Source of the DNA: Podarcis muralis
Taxonomy: Eukaryota
Direction: 5' to 3'
Assembly (NCBI RefSeq): GCF_964188315.1
Contig: NC_135661.1
Coordinates: 56,048,001-56,112,000, forward strand
Length of the DNA stretch: 64,000 nt
A model generated the notes under the pieces. That model was not told where the DNA came from, did no database searches, and was given only the letters and a program-made list of their open reading frames with translations. Positions 44,350 through 57,770 of this stretch are shown here, piece by piece. Position 1 is the stretch's first letter; each line of letters opens with the position of its first letter. Made by a program: the position numbers and the translations under genes.

Positions 44350-45180
44350 TAAGTGTGGGAATTGGAAAAGAGCTTTCCTGAATATTGTTATTGTGCTGAT
44401 TGGAGAAAATTCCTCAGAAATCTGGCCCAGAGGTGGAAAGAAGAAAGAGTCCCTACCAGAGAGGAATGGCAAACTAAGCTGATGGACTACGCTGAAATGG
44501 CTCAGGAACCAGGAAGCTCAGGAACCAAGAAGACAAAAACTTCAGGAAAGAATGGGGGGAAATTACAATTTATTTAGGAGACCACTGTAAGCAGATGAAA
44601 ACATTAGCAGGATTATTATTACACTTGTAGTGTAATAAATACGATGGATAATATAGATATAAAACATAGATTACAATACAATATGCAGTTGAAAACATTG
44701 ACATTAGGAACCACTGAGGGGATAGGGGGAAGTCATGAGATTCAGAGAAATCTCTGTACAGTGGTGCCCCGCAAGACGAATGCCTCGCAAGACGGAAAAC
44801 CCGCTAGACGAAAGGGTTTTCCGTCGCGGAGGCGCTTCGCAAGACGAAGTTCCCTATGGGCTTGCTTCGCAAGATGAAAACGTCTTGCGAGTCTCGCCAT
44901 TTCCCCCCCGCTTTCCCCCCTTTTTTCAAAGCGGCTAAGCTGTTAATAGCCTTTTAATAGCTTAGCCGCTAAGCCGCTAATAGCGCTAAATCGCTAATAG
45001 CGCTAATCCGCTTAGCCGCCAATGGGGTTGCTTCGCAAGACGAAAAAACCGCTAGAAGAAAAGAATCGCGGAACGGATTCTTTTCGTCTTGCGAGGCACC
45101 ACTGTATATGGAAATGTATTTGTATATGTTTGGAAAATGTGTATATTTGAAAAATCAAATAAAAAGAGCACAAAAAAGAG
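44350..45180 (+). mobile_element. L1-type LINE 3' fragment (degenerate ORF2 C-terminus and 3' UTR), interrupted by a MITE
   Basis: Translates LAQRWKEERVPTREEWQTKLMDYAEMA, like recalled reptile L1 ORF2 C-termini; AATAAA plus A-rich tail at about 45157-45180. Confidence 0.6.
44759..45104. mobile_element. Tc1/Tigger-like MITE, CpG-rich, second family
   Basis: TIR CAGTGGTGCC(C/T)CGCAAGACGAA 21/22 match; TA flanks; internal GCAAGACG and GCTAA repeats. Confidence 0.85.
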
Positions 45181-45677
45181 AACATTCCTCAGAAACAAGC
45201 CCTTCATTGAAATTTCCCTTTGGGGGCAGCCTTACACCTTGGAGCAAGCATCCTGCCCCCCCGCCCTGGCTGTTTATTGCTTGGGCTGGAAGGACAGAGC
45301 AAGGCATGCCAGGTCAGATGTGCCTCTGGGGAAAGGAATGCAAGAAAACAACATCTAGGTGGACAAGACCTGCCATGCACACCACAAAGAGTAACCTTAC
45401 TCTGAAACTTCCACAGAAAACACTAAGCTATTTTTTTTTTGGGGGGGGGGGTCTCTGCCACTGAGCTATGAACCTCTTCTGGGTTTTGAACAAGGGATGC
45501 CCCCAACCTTAGTTTAGGAAGCTACAGGTCCCAGAATTATTTGAGGAAAGATGGTGGCTGTTTAAAGTGGTACAATACTGCTTTAAATGAGGCCAAGCAT
45601 TCAGATAACTAACCATTTAAAAGAGTTTTTTGTTCTTTGCCTTAAAGACAGGTTCAAATAAATGTATTTTAAATGTA

Positions 45678-45909
45678 CAGTGGTACTTCAGGTTAAGTAC
45701 TTAATTCATTCTGGAGGTCCTGAAACTGTTCTTAACCTGAAGTACCACTTTAGCTAATGGGGCCTCCTGCTGCTGCCACGCCGCCAGAGCAAGATTTCTG
45801 TTCTTATCCTGAAGCAAAGTTCTTAACCTGAAGCACTATTTCTGCGTTAGTGGAGTGTGTAACCTGAAGCGCATGAAACCTGAAGCGTATGTAACCTGAG
45901 GTACCACTG
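45678..45909. mobile_element. Tigger-like MITE (same family as 5619-5813)
   Basis: TA-CAGTGGTACTTCAGG...GAGGTACCACTG-TA. Confidence 0.85.
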
Positions 45910-46861
45910 TATTTCAAACAAATAAAAACAGAAAAGCAGGCATGCTATCCATGGTGCCCAACCAACCTCACTCCCTAAAGCAGCTGTCACCAACTTCAGA
46001 TGTCAACGCCCTCCAGATGTTTTAGACTACAACTCCCATCAGGCCCAACCAGGTGCTGATAGGAATTGTAGTCCAAAGCAGCTGAAGGGCACCAGTTGGT
46101 GGAAGATGCCCAAGTAGAAAGCAAGTCATGAAAAAGGTGGAAGTCAAGACTAATTATTTATTGTATTCATATCCCACCTTTTTCTCCCTCTCATTTAATG
46201 CTCACAACAATCCTGCAAGGTAGATTAAGCTGGGAGGCCATGACCTTCCCTTTGTCTTCTCCAGCTGTCCCTGGAAACACTTTGCAGGGATGAAGGAGTT
46301 AAACCTCACCTTCCCTCCAGTCAGAGGAATGCATGATTAATGTAGCTTTAAAAAAATACTTTTTAAAAAAAGGCAGCAGGAAGCCGTCCAAAGGGCCCCA
46401 GTTGCTCAGATAGGAGTTTGATTACAACATAACGCTCATTGCTCACGCAAAGTCTTACTAAATGGGCATCTTGTGAGCTCATACACTGAAGGGGAAATTA
46501 CTCTGAAAGCAGTTGACTCACTTCCATCAAAAAGTCCTTTAAAGCAGGGCCCCCATTTCCGGCTGAGCCTTCTCCTAAAAAAGACCAGCCCTTGAACCAG
46601 TCTAGACCTTAGCCTGCCCCACTCACCTATGGTTTGGGACACAGGCCTATAGGACAATAAAAAGGTGCTGTCTTGGGGGACACACACACACCACCAACTG
46701 GTTTCGCTGAAAGGCGGCCAAGATTTGTCACTCCAGAAGGGTCTCTGAGAGGGTTCACTAACATTTCAATCCATGATTTCAACAAAAACGAAACACAGGA
46801 GAGTATGTGACTGGCAAGGGATATACAAGGAAATCCTAATTCCTCACATTATGCTTCTTTT

Positions 46862-47572
46862 TAGGGGTGAGGAACCTCAGGACCGAGGGCCAGAGGTGCC
46901 CCCACCCAGGCCTCTCCATTTGGTCCTTGAAATTTCCCGCTTCCCAGGCCACACACACCCGCCAGCCCTACTCCAGAGCCCCCTCGATTGCTTTTGCCTG
47001 GTTGGATTGTGTCCTTGAAGTGTGATAATGCTTACCTAGATGTACATTTATGTGTGTAGAAACGTGTGGCTGGAATGTAGCCTAGATCCTGTCTGCACTG
47101 TCCATTTAAAGCAGTATCATACCACTTTAAACAGGCATGGCTGTTTTATGGGAATTATAGGAGCTGCCGCTTGCTAAGGGAGTTATTAAGACACCCCTAT
47201 TCCCCTGAAAGAGCTACACTTACCAGAGTCAATCCCTCTTCCCAGGGAACTCTGGGAACTATACCTCTGTGAGTACCTCTCTCAGCACCCTTAAAACAAA
47301 CTACAACTCTCAGACTTCCTTGGGGGAAGCCATGCCTGTTTAAATTGGTATGATACTGCTTTAAATAGACAGTGCAGACAGGGTCTAGGCTACATTCCAG
47401 CCAATAAAAGTAAAAGCCATGCCTGTTTGAAGTGGTATGAAACTACTTTAAATGTATATTTATATATTCCACCCACTTTCATATCTGGCCCCACCAACTA
47501 CTGTCATGCGGCCCCAGGAAGGTTCCCTATGATCGAACGTGGCCCTCAATAAAAAAAATGTTTCCCCTCCCT
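46862..47572 (+). mobile_element. Composite hAT-like element with nested fold-back (47067-47403)
   Basis: Starts TAGGGGTGAGGAACC, ends GTTTCCCCTCCCT; fold-back arms 72/75 identical. Confidence 0.65.
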
Positions 47573-50500
47573 CTGTGCCACAGGAAATTCTTAGTCCAAT
47601 CTTGATGGGAGACAATCTGTCCCTTCCAACCAGCATCCAGATAACTTTTCAGAAACAGAGAGACAAAGCACTGCCCAAACTGAAACTATGAATGCAAGCT
47701 AGAAAACTAACAGCAGCATTACAGCACGACTCTCTGGATCTTTACTTGTAATTAAAACCATTCAGTACAGTGGGATTTACTCCAAAGTAAGTAGACATGG
47801 GGCTGCAGCTCTAATGAGATTGAGAAAATACTGCTTCACAGACAAAATTAAAAGCCCTTCACAAACATCTTAGAAACCCCCACAACAGCGCTGTCTGTTT
47901 TGCAGAAGGAAGCTAGAGAGAGTGGTTTGCCTAAGAATTAACCATGAAGTCTAAACTAATGCAACAATAGCAGTTGGCTTTCAAGAGTGAAAATTCATAG
48001 TCCCAATATTATAATCAAAAGGACCCAGAAAGTAAGGTGATGCTAATAACAGCCCAGTTTCTACTTCTTATGTTAGGATCTTCCTTCCTTCGGGACTTAC
48101 AATGTGGTTCTCGCTACATAATCTTCGAGGAAACTAGTGAAATTGGCATTAAGTAAAGTGGGCTCTCCAAAAAGCTCCATTCACCACAAATAGCAGGCAG
48201 AAACTAGGATGTACAAGCTCTTCCCAACCAAAGAGGAACAAAGGATAAGGATTATTTACTTTCTGCTCCAAGGGCCGAAATGCACATTCCACCCAGGCCA
48301 CTAAAACTTGCTCAGGACAGCTGCTTCTCCAGGCAAAAGCTGACTGCTCCAGGTACAGCGTCAATGCAATAACGCTTGGTCCTTGCAACATTGTCGTTGA
48401 CAGTTTATTGTCTTGGCTGCAGGCCATTGCAAAACAGAAGTATGCATACAGCAGACAATAAAGCACTGTACCACACGAGCAGCCAAATAAATGTGTGCCA
48501 ATCGCTCTGCAAAGGCAAACAATTGAAAAGCTGGTGTTTTGCACAGTCTTAAAGAGGATAAGTTATGGAGCATGCAGTCTCCCGTTCAAACGTCCCAAAT
48601 GCTATGAACTCATTACTTCATTCAAAAATGGCCACCAGCTTGGGTGGCTTTACACAGATTTGTGGAGGAAATGTTGGCTATGTTCTATCTCTAATGTCAG
48701 AGGTAATAAGGAGAGCCTGCTGGATCAGGCCAATGGCCCATCTAGTCTGGCATCCTGTTCTCACAGCGGCCAACCAGATGCCTGTGGGAAACCCACAAGC
48801 AAGATTCGAGTATCTACCGTATTTTTCACTCTATAAGATGCACCAGACCACAAGACGCACCTAGTTTTTGGAGGAGGAAAACAAGAAAAAAAATATTCTG
48901 AATCTCAGAAGCCAGAACAGCAAGAGGGATCACTGTGCAGTGAAAGCAGCAATCCCTCTTGCTGTTCTGGCTTCTGGGATAGCTGCACAGCTTGCATTCG
49001 CTCCATAAGACACACACACATTTCCCCTTACTTTTTAGGAGGGAAAAAGTGAGTCTTACAGAGCAAAAAATACGGTATATATCTCACCTTTTAAGGTGGA
49101 TGGTTCCCTGCCTCCTCATTTACTCCCACAACAATCACATGAGACAGGTTAGGCTGAAAGGTAGTGACTGGTCCAATGTGACCCGGTGAGCTTCATGACC
49201 AGGTGGAGATTTAAATCCTGGTCTCCCGGTCTAACACTGTAAGCACTACACCACACTGTCTCTATAGTTTAAAGTGCTGTTCCAGGAGGCAAACAGAAAG
49301 GGCCGGTGGGAAGGCACGTGCCACTCCCTAGAGTGGCCTTCTCTAACCTGGGACCCTCCAGATGCTTTGGACTACAATTCCCATCAGCCCCAGTCAGCAC
49401 AGTGGCCACACTTCCGTCACCCCAGCACCATATGGCCATGCTGGCTATGACTGATGGGAGTTGTAGACCAAAGCATATGGAGGGCCCCAGGAGGCATTGA
49501 TATCTGGACCAATTAGTGAGGCAGATGTTCCCAAATGTGTGTGTATTGATATCCTACGTGAAGATGTTTGTCACTAATGCCAAACACCTTTCTGAAGTGA
49601 CCCTAAAACCTGCACCAATAGATTCAAATTACAAAAAAGGAGATTCTAACTAAATATCAGGAAGAACTTTCTGACAGTAAGAGCTGTTCAACAGTGGAGC
49701 AGAAGGTGGTGGACTCTCCTCCACTGAAGGTTTTTAAGCAGAGGTTGGGTGGGCATCCATCATGGATATTTTAGCTGAGATTCCCACACAGCAGGGGTTG
49801 GACAGATGACCGTGGGGTGCAGGTTCTACAATTCTATGAAAAACTCTACTTCTAGGCCATTTCATTTTTAAATCCTTTCATCCGAGGTCCCAGGATAGAT
49901 GGTCCTTCAGCTAAGAAGGCATATCATAGCTTGCTTAGGGAGCATTGCATTTTGCAAGAAACCCAACCATATACCTAGCCACTACTGTTATGTTTTGAAA
50001 TATCAGGCACTGTTTTTCCTGTGCAAACAGCACCCAGAGCAGGGTGAAACTTGCAGAGGTCATGGGGTGGGTTAACTCCTTCCCTGCCCAGCAACTCTTC
50101 TTTATAGCCACTCATCTCTCAGATAGTGATCCAGACCCACGTTTGCGGCTAGGCAAGAGCCCTAGCAAAGAAAGGGGGCAGCTTGCAGCAGAAAGGTTAA
50201 AGCTGGGTTCCTTCCAGTTCCCCCCTGCAAGTCAACCCCCCACCCCCTGAAACTTTACACTGGAGAAGCAGAAGCTTGGGCAGGAAGTGGGGTAGCTTTT
50301 TCAGAGTTATGGGATGGGAACACATTCCTATGGGCCACAGATCACAGCAAACACACACACACAGAGTACCCATTCCTTCCTTCCTTCCTTCCTTCCCTCT
50401 CTCATTCTGGCCTGGGGAAGGCCACAGTGAAGATGTCAGAGGGTCACCTGTGGCTCCCAGGCCACCCACTGGTGACCCTCTGTGCCCAAGTAGAGGCAGA

Positions 50501-53004
50501 GGACACTGTTCCACCCTCAGGGCAGCTATTTGAAAACAGCCAATCCTGTTGGCACAGACTGGGAATTTCAGAGGCGTGCCAACCACAACCGCTCACTGAC
50601 TTTAGCACAAGTGATTCAAAGGCTACTGTTGAGTTGCTGTGTAGCTGTGGAATCCGCCCACTCGGGTACATCAGAGATAAAAGCTGCAAATATTGATACG
50701 AGCACTTCAGGGAGTCATTGTTGCACTTGGCCCCACTCCAGTTCCCATCCCTTGACCTCATAAACCCCCGAGGAGTGTGGAGGGAGTTGGGGGAACTCAG
50801 CCCATGATGACGAGCAGCACAGCTTGCCTGGGAGGAGATGCTTGCAACTCAACCAGGTTGAAGCCATGACCTGTGATGCCAACTGGGCAACAGTTGCACC
50901 ACGATCATACCTACATCTTACCCTTTTCAAGCTGGGCACCGAGAGTGAGGGGAAAGGCAGGGAAGGTATGGGAAAAGGCAAGGTTTGCAAACTTTTTTTC
51001 TGCTTCAGGGAACTCTTTCTAAATCAACCTCTCTGTTAAGAACACCCACACACCCATCGTCTGCCACAGCACCCTTGGGAGTTGCAGAAGATTTTGGAAG
51101 CATTCCAGCAAAGGAGTGGGCCAAAAGCAGTCTGGGTTCTACTGGCAAATCACAGGAGGATGCCAAGTAGATAGGCAATTGTTTAACCATTTACAGTGGA
51201 CGGCCTTAGTCCACTGGGAGAGTATCTGCCTTGCACAGAAGGTCCCAGGTTCAATTCCGAGGCAGAGCTGAGAAAGACACTTTCTGAAATCCTGGAGAAC
51301 CACTGGCAGAAGGTATAGGTGAATCTACAGGGCCTTGAACTGGCTGCAGGAAGTCTGCGCTCCCCCCAGTGAAATGCACACCTGTGACGCCACTTTAGAC
51401 ACACTTGATTTATTTGTTGCGCTTCTATAGCACTCTTACTGAGCTGCTCACTATCCTCAGCTTCTAGGCAACCCAAGGATTCTGGAATGGGAGTCCATGT
51501 GGGGCAGGAGATAGAAATGGGTGGACTTGAGAACAGGAGGGCCAGATTCAAATTCCTTATCAGCCTTGAAAACTTCAGAAGCCAATCTCGAACCACAAAT
51601 TGCCCGGAGTGCTCATCTTCAAAAGATGTTGAGCAATGGCATAAAGAGTGGTCTATCCCAAGCCAGGACACTGCTCTTCCTAGCTGGAACCTTCTGGGTG
51701 CACAGCAGGTGCTCCACTGCTAGTGAGCTGGAGCACTTCCCCAAGCATCCCTCCAGATGAGTTGCTGCTGGAAAGTAACTTCCCAGTGTATTTGCATCCT
51801 CTGGGATTGGACGCAGGCACCCAGCAGAACACCATCAGCCTCAGAGGCATTTTTGAGCACCTTCCAATCAGGTAACACACCCAGAAGATTGACTCACACA
51901 GAAGTGGGGAGGAGGCACTACCCAGAGGAGCTCTTTGCTGGGCATGGGAGACTGAGGTGTGCGCCTCCAGTCGCAGAAAACAAAAAAAGGTGTGACTCAG
52001 AAGTTTAAAGAACACCATGCAAAATCTGAGCAGAGCAGCCAAGTCAAAACAGCCCTCCTGTAGGATCCACAGGCTGCTTTTGTCTCCCGCAACCACACAT
52101 TCCTCAGCAAGCCAGAACAGAGCTGTGGTTACTCAGCCCCAGTCAAATCCTGCTCACGGACAGCGGTGCAGTCAATCCACCCACCAGCTTGCAAGGGGAA
52201 CCTGAGCAACAATGAGTGGTTTTGTGCATGCGTCGCTGCAATGGGATCGTCCCAGGAAGCCAGCCATACAAGGGACAAGGCGCTGCAGGGAGAGGGAGGG
52301 AGGGAGATGTCGAAATACCCGTGAATATTGCACAAGAATCCTCAAAACTGAATGACATGCTGGCTGGGAATGATGCGAGTTGCAGTCAAAAAACATTTGG
52401 AGGGCACCAATTTGATGTAAAGTTTGGGGCTGTAAACTACCTCTGGTGTACTGCTAGGAAGGTGCCACGGAAATGCAGCAACAGCCAGGCTTTGAGTAAG
52501 GCACATGCATGTGTTTCATGCTGGGGTGTGTGTGCAGTGGTGGACCATGAGCTTTGTGTTCCATCCAAGGTCCCAGGTACAACCCCAAGCATCTCCAGGG
52601 AGAGATGAACCTCAGCCTAAGTCCCTGGATACTTCTGTTCCCTCTGCAATAGTAGGCCAGGTCGGCCATTGATAAGATGGCTCTGACTCACTGAGAGAAT
52701 TTCCTATGTACATAAAGCTCTCAAATATGGAAGCCTCTTCCCAGCAGTCCCAAAGTTCATGTTGCTGGCACTCCTGTTATGGCTTCTCCACAAACCCAGG
52801 AGTCTGCCAAGCACAACACCAGCCACAATAAGCACCACCCCCCGGAAGACACACAAATTTAATATCAAACCTAGTCAACGCCTACTTAAATAGCCCCATT
52901 GTGGAAGAGCAGCACACTGAAGAACAATTTATCTGGGGTCTAGCCAAAGACACCCTCCCATTCTTTCCAAAATCTGTGCACCCCCCCACTTGTCCATGGG
53001 TTTC

Positions 53005-53006
<2 letters not shown>

Positions 53007-53040
<34 letters not shown>
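53007..53040. repeat. (AC)17 microsatellite
   Basis: Seen directly. Confidence 0.95.
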
Positions 53041-53042
<2 letters not shown>

Positions 53043-53536
53043 CCATCCAGTTAGCCAGGGCTCTCCATGGTGCATTAGCTAATTCCTTGGCTAAGATGGA
53101 GACAGGAAACTAGGAGGGAAAATGAGTGAATGAAGTCTCCTTAAAGTCCTGCATTCCACTGCAAGGGCAACTAGGTTGTTCATGTCATTTGCAGAATGCC
53201 CTACTAAACCAGGGATTTCCAACCTTTTTGGGCCTGGGGGCATATCTGGGGCAATAAAGAAACCCACGGGCACCATTAAAAATGGAAAACAATCATTTCA
53301 CAAAAGAAAAATGGGCAATGCTCAGAATCTTCCCACCCGCACCAAAAGAGCAGGCAAAACTGCCACAGTACCCCCATACAAATAAAATACAGTACAGACA
53401 AAAAAAGTAGGCCAGTGTTGTTGTTGCTGTTATTATAATATTTCTATACCACCCTTCATCCAAGGATCACATAGTGGTTTACAATATAAAAGAACAGAAA
53501 AATACATAACAAAGTCACAAACAAAAACAATAACCC

Positions 53537-53850
53537 CAGGGGTCAGCAAACTTTTTCAGCATGGGGCCGGTCCACTGTCCCTCAGACCTTGTGGGGGGCC
53601 GGACTATATTTTGAAGGGAAAAAAATGAACGAATTCCTATGCCCCACAAATAACCCAAAAAATGCATTTTAAATAAAAGCACACATTCTACTGATTTATA
53701 AACACCAGGCAGGCCCCATAATAACCCAGAGATGCATTTTAAATAAAAAGAAACATTCTACTCATGCAAAAACACACTGATTCCCACACCTTCCGCGGGC
53801 CGTATTTAGAAGGCGATTGGGCCGAATCCGGCCCCTGGGTCTTAGTTCCC
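53537..53850 (+). mobile_element. hAT/Charlie-like MITE, right end degenerate
   Basis: CAGGGGTCAGCAAACTTTTTCAGC start; internal duplication of TAACCC..ATGCATTTTAAATAAAA..ACATTCTACT. Confidence 0.6.
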
Positions 53851-56800
53851 TTCAGTTTTTGGACCTTTCCAGGCACCAGGGTGTCTCTCTGAGGGCAGCA
53901 TGACTCCCACCCGCGGGTTATGTTAGAGACCCCAGCTCTACAGCCCCTGTTTAAAACATTGCAGCTTCCCCCACTCTGCCCGCGCACACAGATCCGTCCC
54001 CATCCTCAGCTCTAGAGTGGTGGAAAATTGGCCACTAGCCACCAAAGCACTGCTAATTGTCTAAACTGATTTCCATGCTTCCCTCAGGGAGGATGGTGCA
54101 CTCGCTTTGCGGACAAGCTTGTGGCCTGGAGCTGCGGCTTGCATTCTGCTCTCCAAAATGCTCATTTAAGAAAACCAACAAATCATTAGGGCATCGCTCA
54201 GACAATAGCAACTCTGTTGTCGTGTGCCTGTCAGCTGCTTGTGTGTGCCAGGACTCACCAATCCTACAGCACTGCTGTGCTATTCTTGCTTTGTTTTTAA
54301 TTAAAACAAGATCATCAACATTAGTCCTTAAAAAAAAAATCTACTGTGAATTTCAAGGCCAAGCTTAAAATCCAGCGGAGAAGAAGACATTCTTGTGAGT
54401 CTTTCTGATAAAATGAAGCATGTCCTGGCCAGAGATTCTCCCAGAATGCACTTGGCTTCCTTCATTTTGGAGATCCCACTGCTTTTTGCAATGGCCCATT
54501 GAGTTCTCAGCCCACAACATCCCTGTAAGTTTCTCTTTTACTGACAGCAGAATGAGGCTTTTGAGATAGCAGTTTGCCCCCCAAAACACACAAGGTGTCC
54601 AAGGCAGATTGCCCAAACCCAGTTCTATGGGTTCTATGAGTTCCAAACCTCATGAATCCCAGTAAATCTCTGCCCAGACTGCCTTTATTCCAGAGAAGCA
54701 AAAAACCCTGGTCTCTATGAAAAAAGCAGAAGCTGAGAGGACAAAAAACACAGGTTAGGGGATGGTAAATAAAATGTTCCTCATGGAGGAACAAAAAAAA
54801 ATCTGCAAAAGGGGGAGGGATAGCATGCCACAGAGAAAGGTTCTGTCGTCCCTTTGGTGCAGTACTGATGCTATACTGTATATGCAAGGCATTTTTTCCT
54901 TCTTATTTTTTAGGCATGGGACAGCATTCAAAATTGTCATTCTGTTCAGGACATCTGAAGTGGCCCAGTCCATTTTCCCACCTCAGAACTCTGCCCCCTC
55001 CTTCCCCTGCATCTATAGGTCGAGCATAGCCAGCTGCACAAAGGTAGTTGGGTTCTTCTCCAAAACTAGGAAAGACCACTCATTTCCTCTTCTCTCCCAT
55101 GTGATGAGCCCAACAATTGGTGTGAACTGTTTTGGCAAGCGCTTGACAATGAAGTCAGGAAGCAGCCTGAAGCAGAGACCTCCCACCCGCCCCCTTGTGC
55201 CTCAGTGACCCAGAAAATGAGCCAGCAAACCAGGGCATCCCCTCACCTCCCAGAGAAATCAGACAGAGCTACCTGGCGCCCAGAGGGAGGTGGGAAGGAG
55301 AAGAACCTGGGTCTGGTGCAGCCTTCAGATGTTTCGGAGCACAGCTCCTGCTGGGTCAGCACTACAACTCCCATCAGGCTGGTGCTACAACTCCCAAAGG
55401 GCCCAGCCGGAGCTGGCTGCAGTTGCGTTCCAAAACATCTGGAGGGCACCAGGTTTGAAAAGGCTGCCCTACAGTAACTGCAGGACCAGGCAATGCCACC
55501 AAGAAGAATATTCAGAAGAATCCCCCCTCCCTCTCATATCAACCTAGAACTGGGCTAGGGCTGTGTGGGATCAAATGAAGACGGCCGTCTTTCTTGAATC
55601 TATTGCCAAAAAGCAGTGCTCCTACCCAGAGTGCAAAATGAAATTAACTTCTCACTCCCACACGATTTGGAAATGGATTTTTACTCAGGCTAGGCCCTAT
55701 TTGAAGGCAATGATGGGGGTGTAAACTATATATATGTGCTGGGTTACTCTCGGCTGGCATCACGTTTAAACTGGGTCACCGGTTTTGACACCAGCAGTCT
55801 TCGCGCGCTGGGGCAGAATCCATGGTTCAGGTACGTGCCATGCTTGCAAGACAATGCCTCGTGCACACAGAAAGCAGCCGTGTTAAGGCTTTAATGTCAG
55901 CATCATATGAACTAGATGACGATGTGCAGCAAGACTTACACTCAGAAGTACAGGAACCGAGAGCTTTAAGAACACTAAGGACCAGAAGCTTAGATGTCCA
56001 TTCTTATTTCCAATATTTACACCCCACTTTTCTACTGAAAAGAAAGGTAAATCAAGGCAGGTTTTTAAAAAGCAGAATAAATAAATATACAAATATACAA
56101 CTTTAATGAAAGCATCTAATGCAACAGAAACAGCCTGGCCTTGTTTTTTCCAAGTTCCAGGTGCCACCACTCAAAGGCCCTGTCTTTTGCACCTACCAAC
56201 TATTCAGCCAATGAGGTGGGGGTGGGGTCCAGAGAAGGGCCTTAGAAGTGGATCGTAGAGGCAGGTTCCTATAAAGGAGGCAAATCTGGAGCCCTCCAGA
56301 TGTTGCTGGTGCAAAATGCCCATCATCCCTGGGGCTGATGGAAGCTGGGAGTCCAAGCAACATCTGGAGGGCCACCGGCGGCTGCTTTTAGACCCAGAGG
56401 GCTTACAGCTTTGAATGTACAAAACCAGCACTTTGAATTAAGCCTGGAAACAGACTGGTAACACAGAGGAGTGCAAGACTTGTGGAAAGGAGCAGTACAA
56501 GAATAGCAATGGGAAAGGACATTGACAGGATTGAATTGACAGAGGGGTAGAGATAGAGACCTGCTCAGAAACACTTTACACTCTACATAAGGAACAATGG
56601 ACAGAGGTGCATCCCTCAACAAAGAATGAGGCACGTGCTGTAGGGGATGTGCTGGCTAGGACTGATAAAAACTTGAGCCCAGAGCATCTAGAGGGCCCCA
56701 GATGCTTCGGACAGGAGTAACCACCGCAACATTAGTGCTGCAGCAGCAAACGTGGCGGCTGCACAAAAATATACTGTGGCTCTTGTGGTCGCCCTCTTGC

Positions 56801-57309
56801 TCTCCTTTTACACAGCAAGCACACAAACACACATTCCTTCCCACACGTATGAAGCTTGCTTGAAGGCTGCAGACCCTTGAGAGGCTGCCGTGCCCCGATT
56901 CCAGAAGTGTCCATTTGCTCCAAAGGCCATTCTGAGCCTGACACTGTGATGGGAAAGCTGCTGGGAAGGCAGCTGATCAAAACCTCCTCCACTCACATCC
57001 CAACACCCTGTCCAAACACGACTGCCGTGCTGTGTAAGCCATTCCTGAGGCCCAGCCTGTAGCTGGAGGCTAGCAATACTGCACCGGGCGGCATGCCTGC
57101 ACTCATTCTGCTCCTGCTTGGGGAAGGGAGGGCAGCAGATCCCCAGAGGGAAGCGGGTGGGAGTCAGCTGGGTCCATTCTGCTTGCCAGACCCAAACAGT
57201 TCCTCTCTCTGATGGTGGCAGGCCACGCTCACAGCATCCCCAAGGAAACATTTGGCAGCAATGAACCATAACGTTTCATCTGCCCTACGCAACCAGAGAG
57301 ATGAACACA

Positions 57310-57770
57310 AAGGCAGCCTTCTGGATCAGGCCAGTGGCCCATCTAGGCCAGCATCAGGTCCTCACAGTAGCCAGCCAGATGCCCTAATGAGGAACCAGCA
57401 AGCAGGCCCTGATCACAAGAGCCCTCTCCCATCCTGTGATTTCCAGCAACTGGTATTCAGAAGCATTGTGGTCTCCAGCTGTGGAGGCAAAGCATAGCCA
57501 TCGTTGCTAGTAGCAATTGATAGCCTTCTCCTCCATGAATTTGTCTTATCCTCTTTTAAAGCCATCCAGGTGAGTGGCCACCACTCACCTCCTGCAGCAG
57601 CGAGTTCCATAGTTTAACGGGTGCTGCAATAAGAAGTGCTTCCTTTTATCTGTCCTGAATCTCCCAACATTCAGCTTCACTGGGTGTCTGTCACTTTGAG
57701 AGTCCTGCACTCCGTGATTCACTAAGAGGTCACAGAGAATGCCAGGATGCGGCCTTCCAACTGTGCTCAG
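57310..57770 (-). mobile_element. CR1 3' fragment
   Basis: CTGGATCAGGCCAGTGGCCCATCTAG...CTTTTATCTGTCCTGAATCTCCCAACATTCAGC; further short copies at about 48700-48805, 49620-49840 (+), 60865-61050, 61700-61900. Confidence 0.7.

Noticed and set aside
53041-53046. ATG GAG|GTGTGT (ME) as a BCAR1 first exon
   Set aside because: The GT is just the start of a (GT)n microsatellite; poor Kozak context.
53172-53183. ATG AAC AAC CTA (MNNL), resembling the human BCAR1 MNHL first exon
   Set aside because: The donor would be CTA|GTTGCC, far from consensus; no promoter features nearby.
55822-55836. Plus-strand ATG GTT CAG|GTACGT in a small CpG patch
   Set aside because: No downstream exon or homology recognisable; antisense to BCAR1; cannot support a gene.
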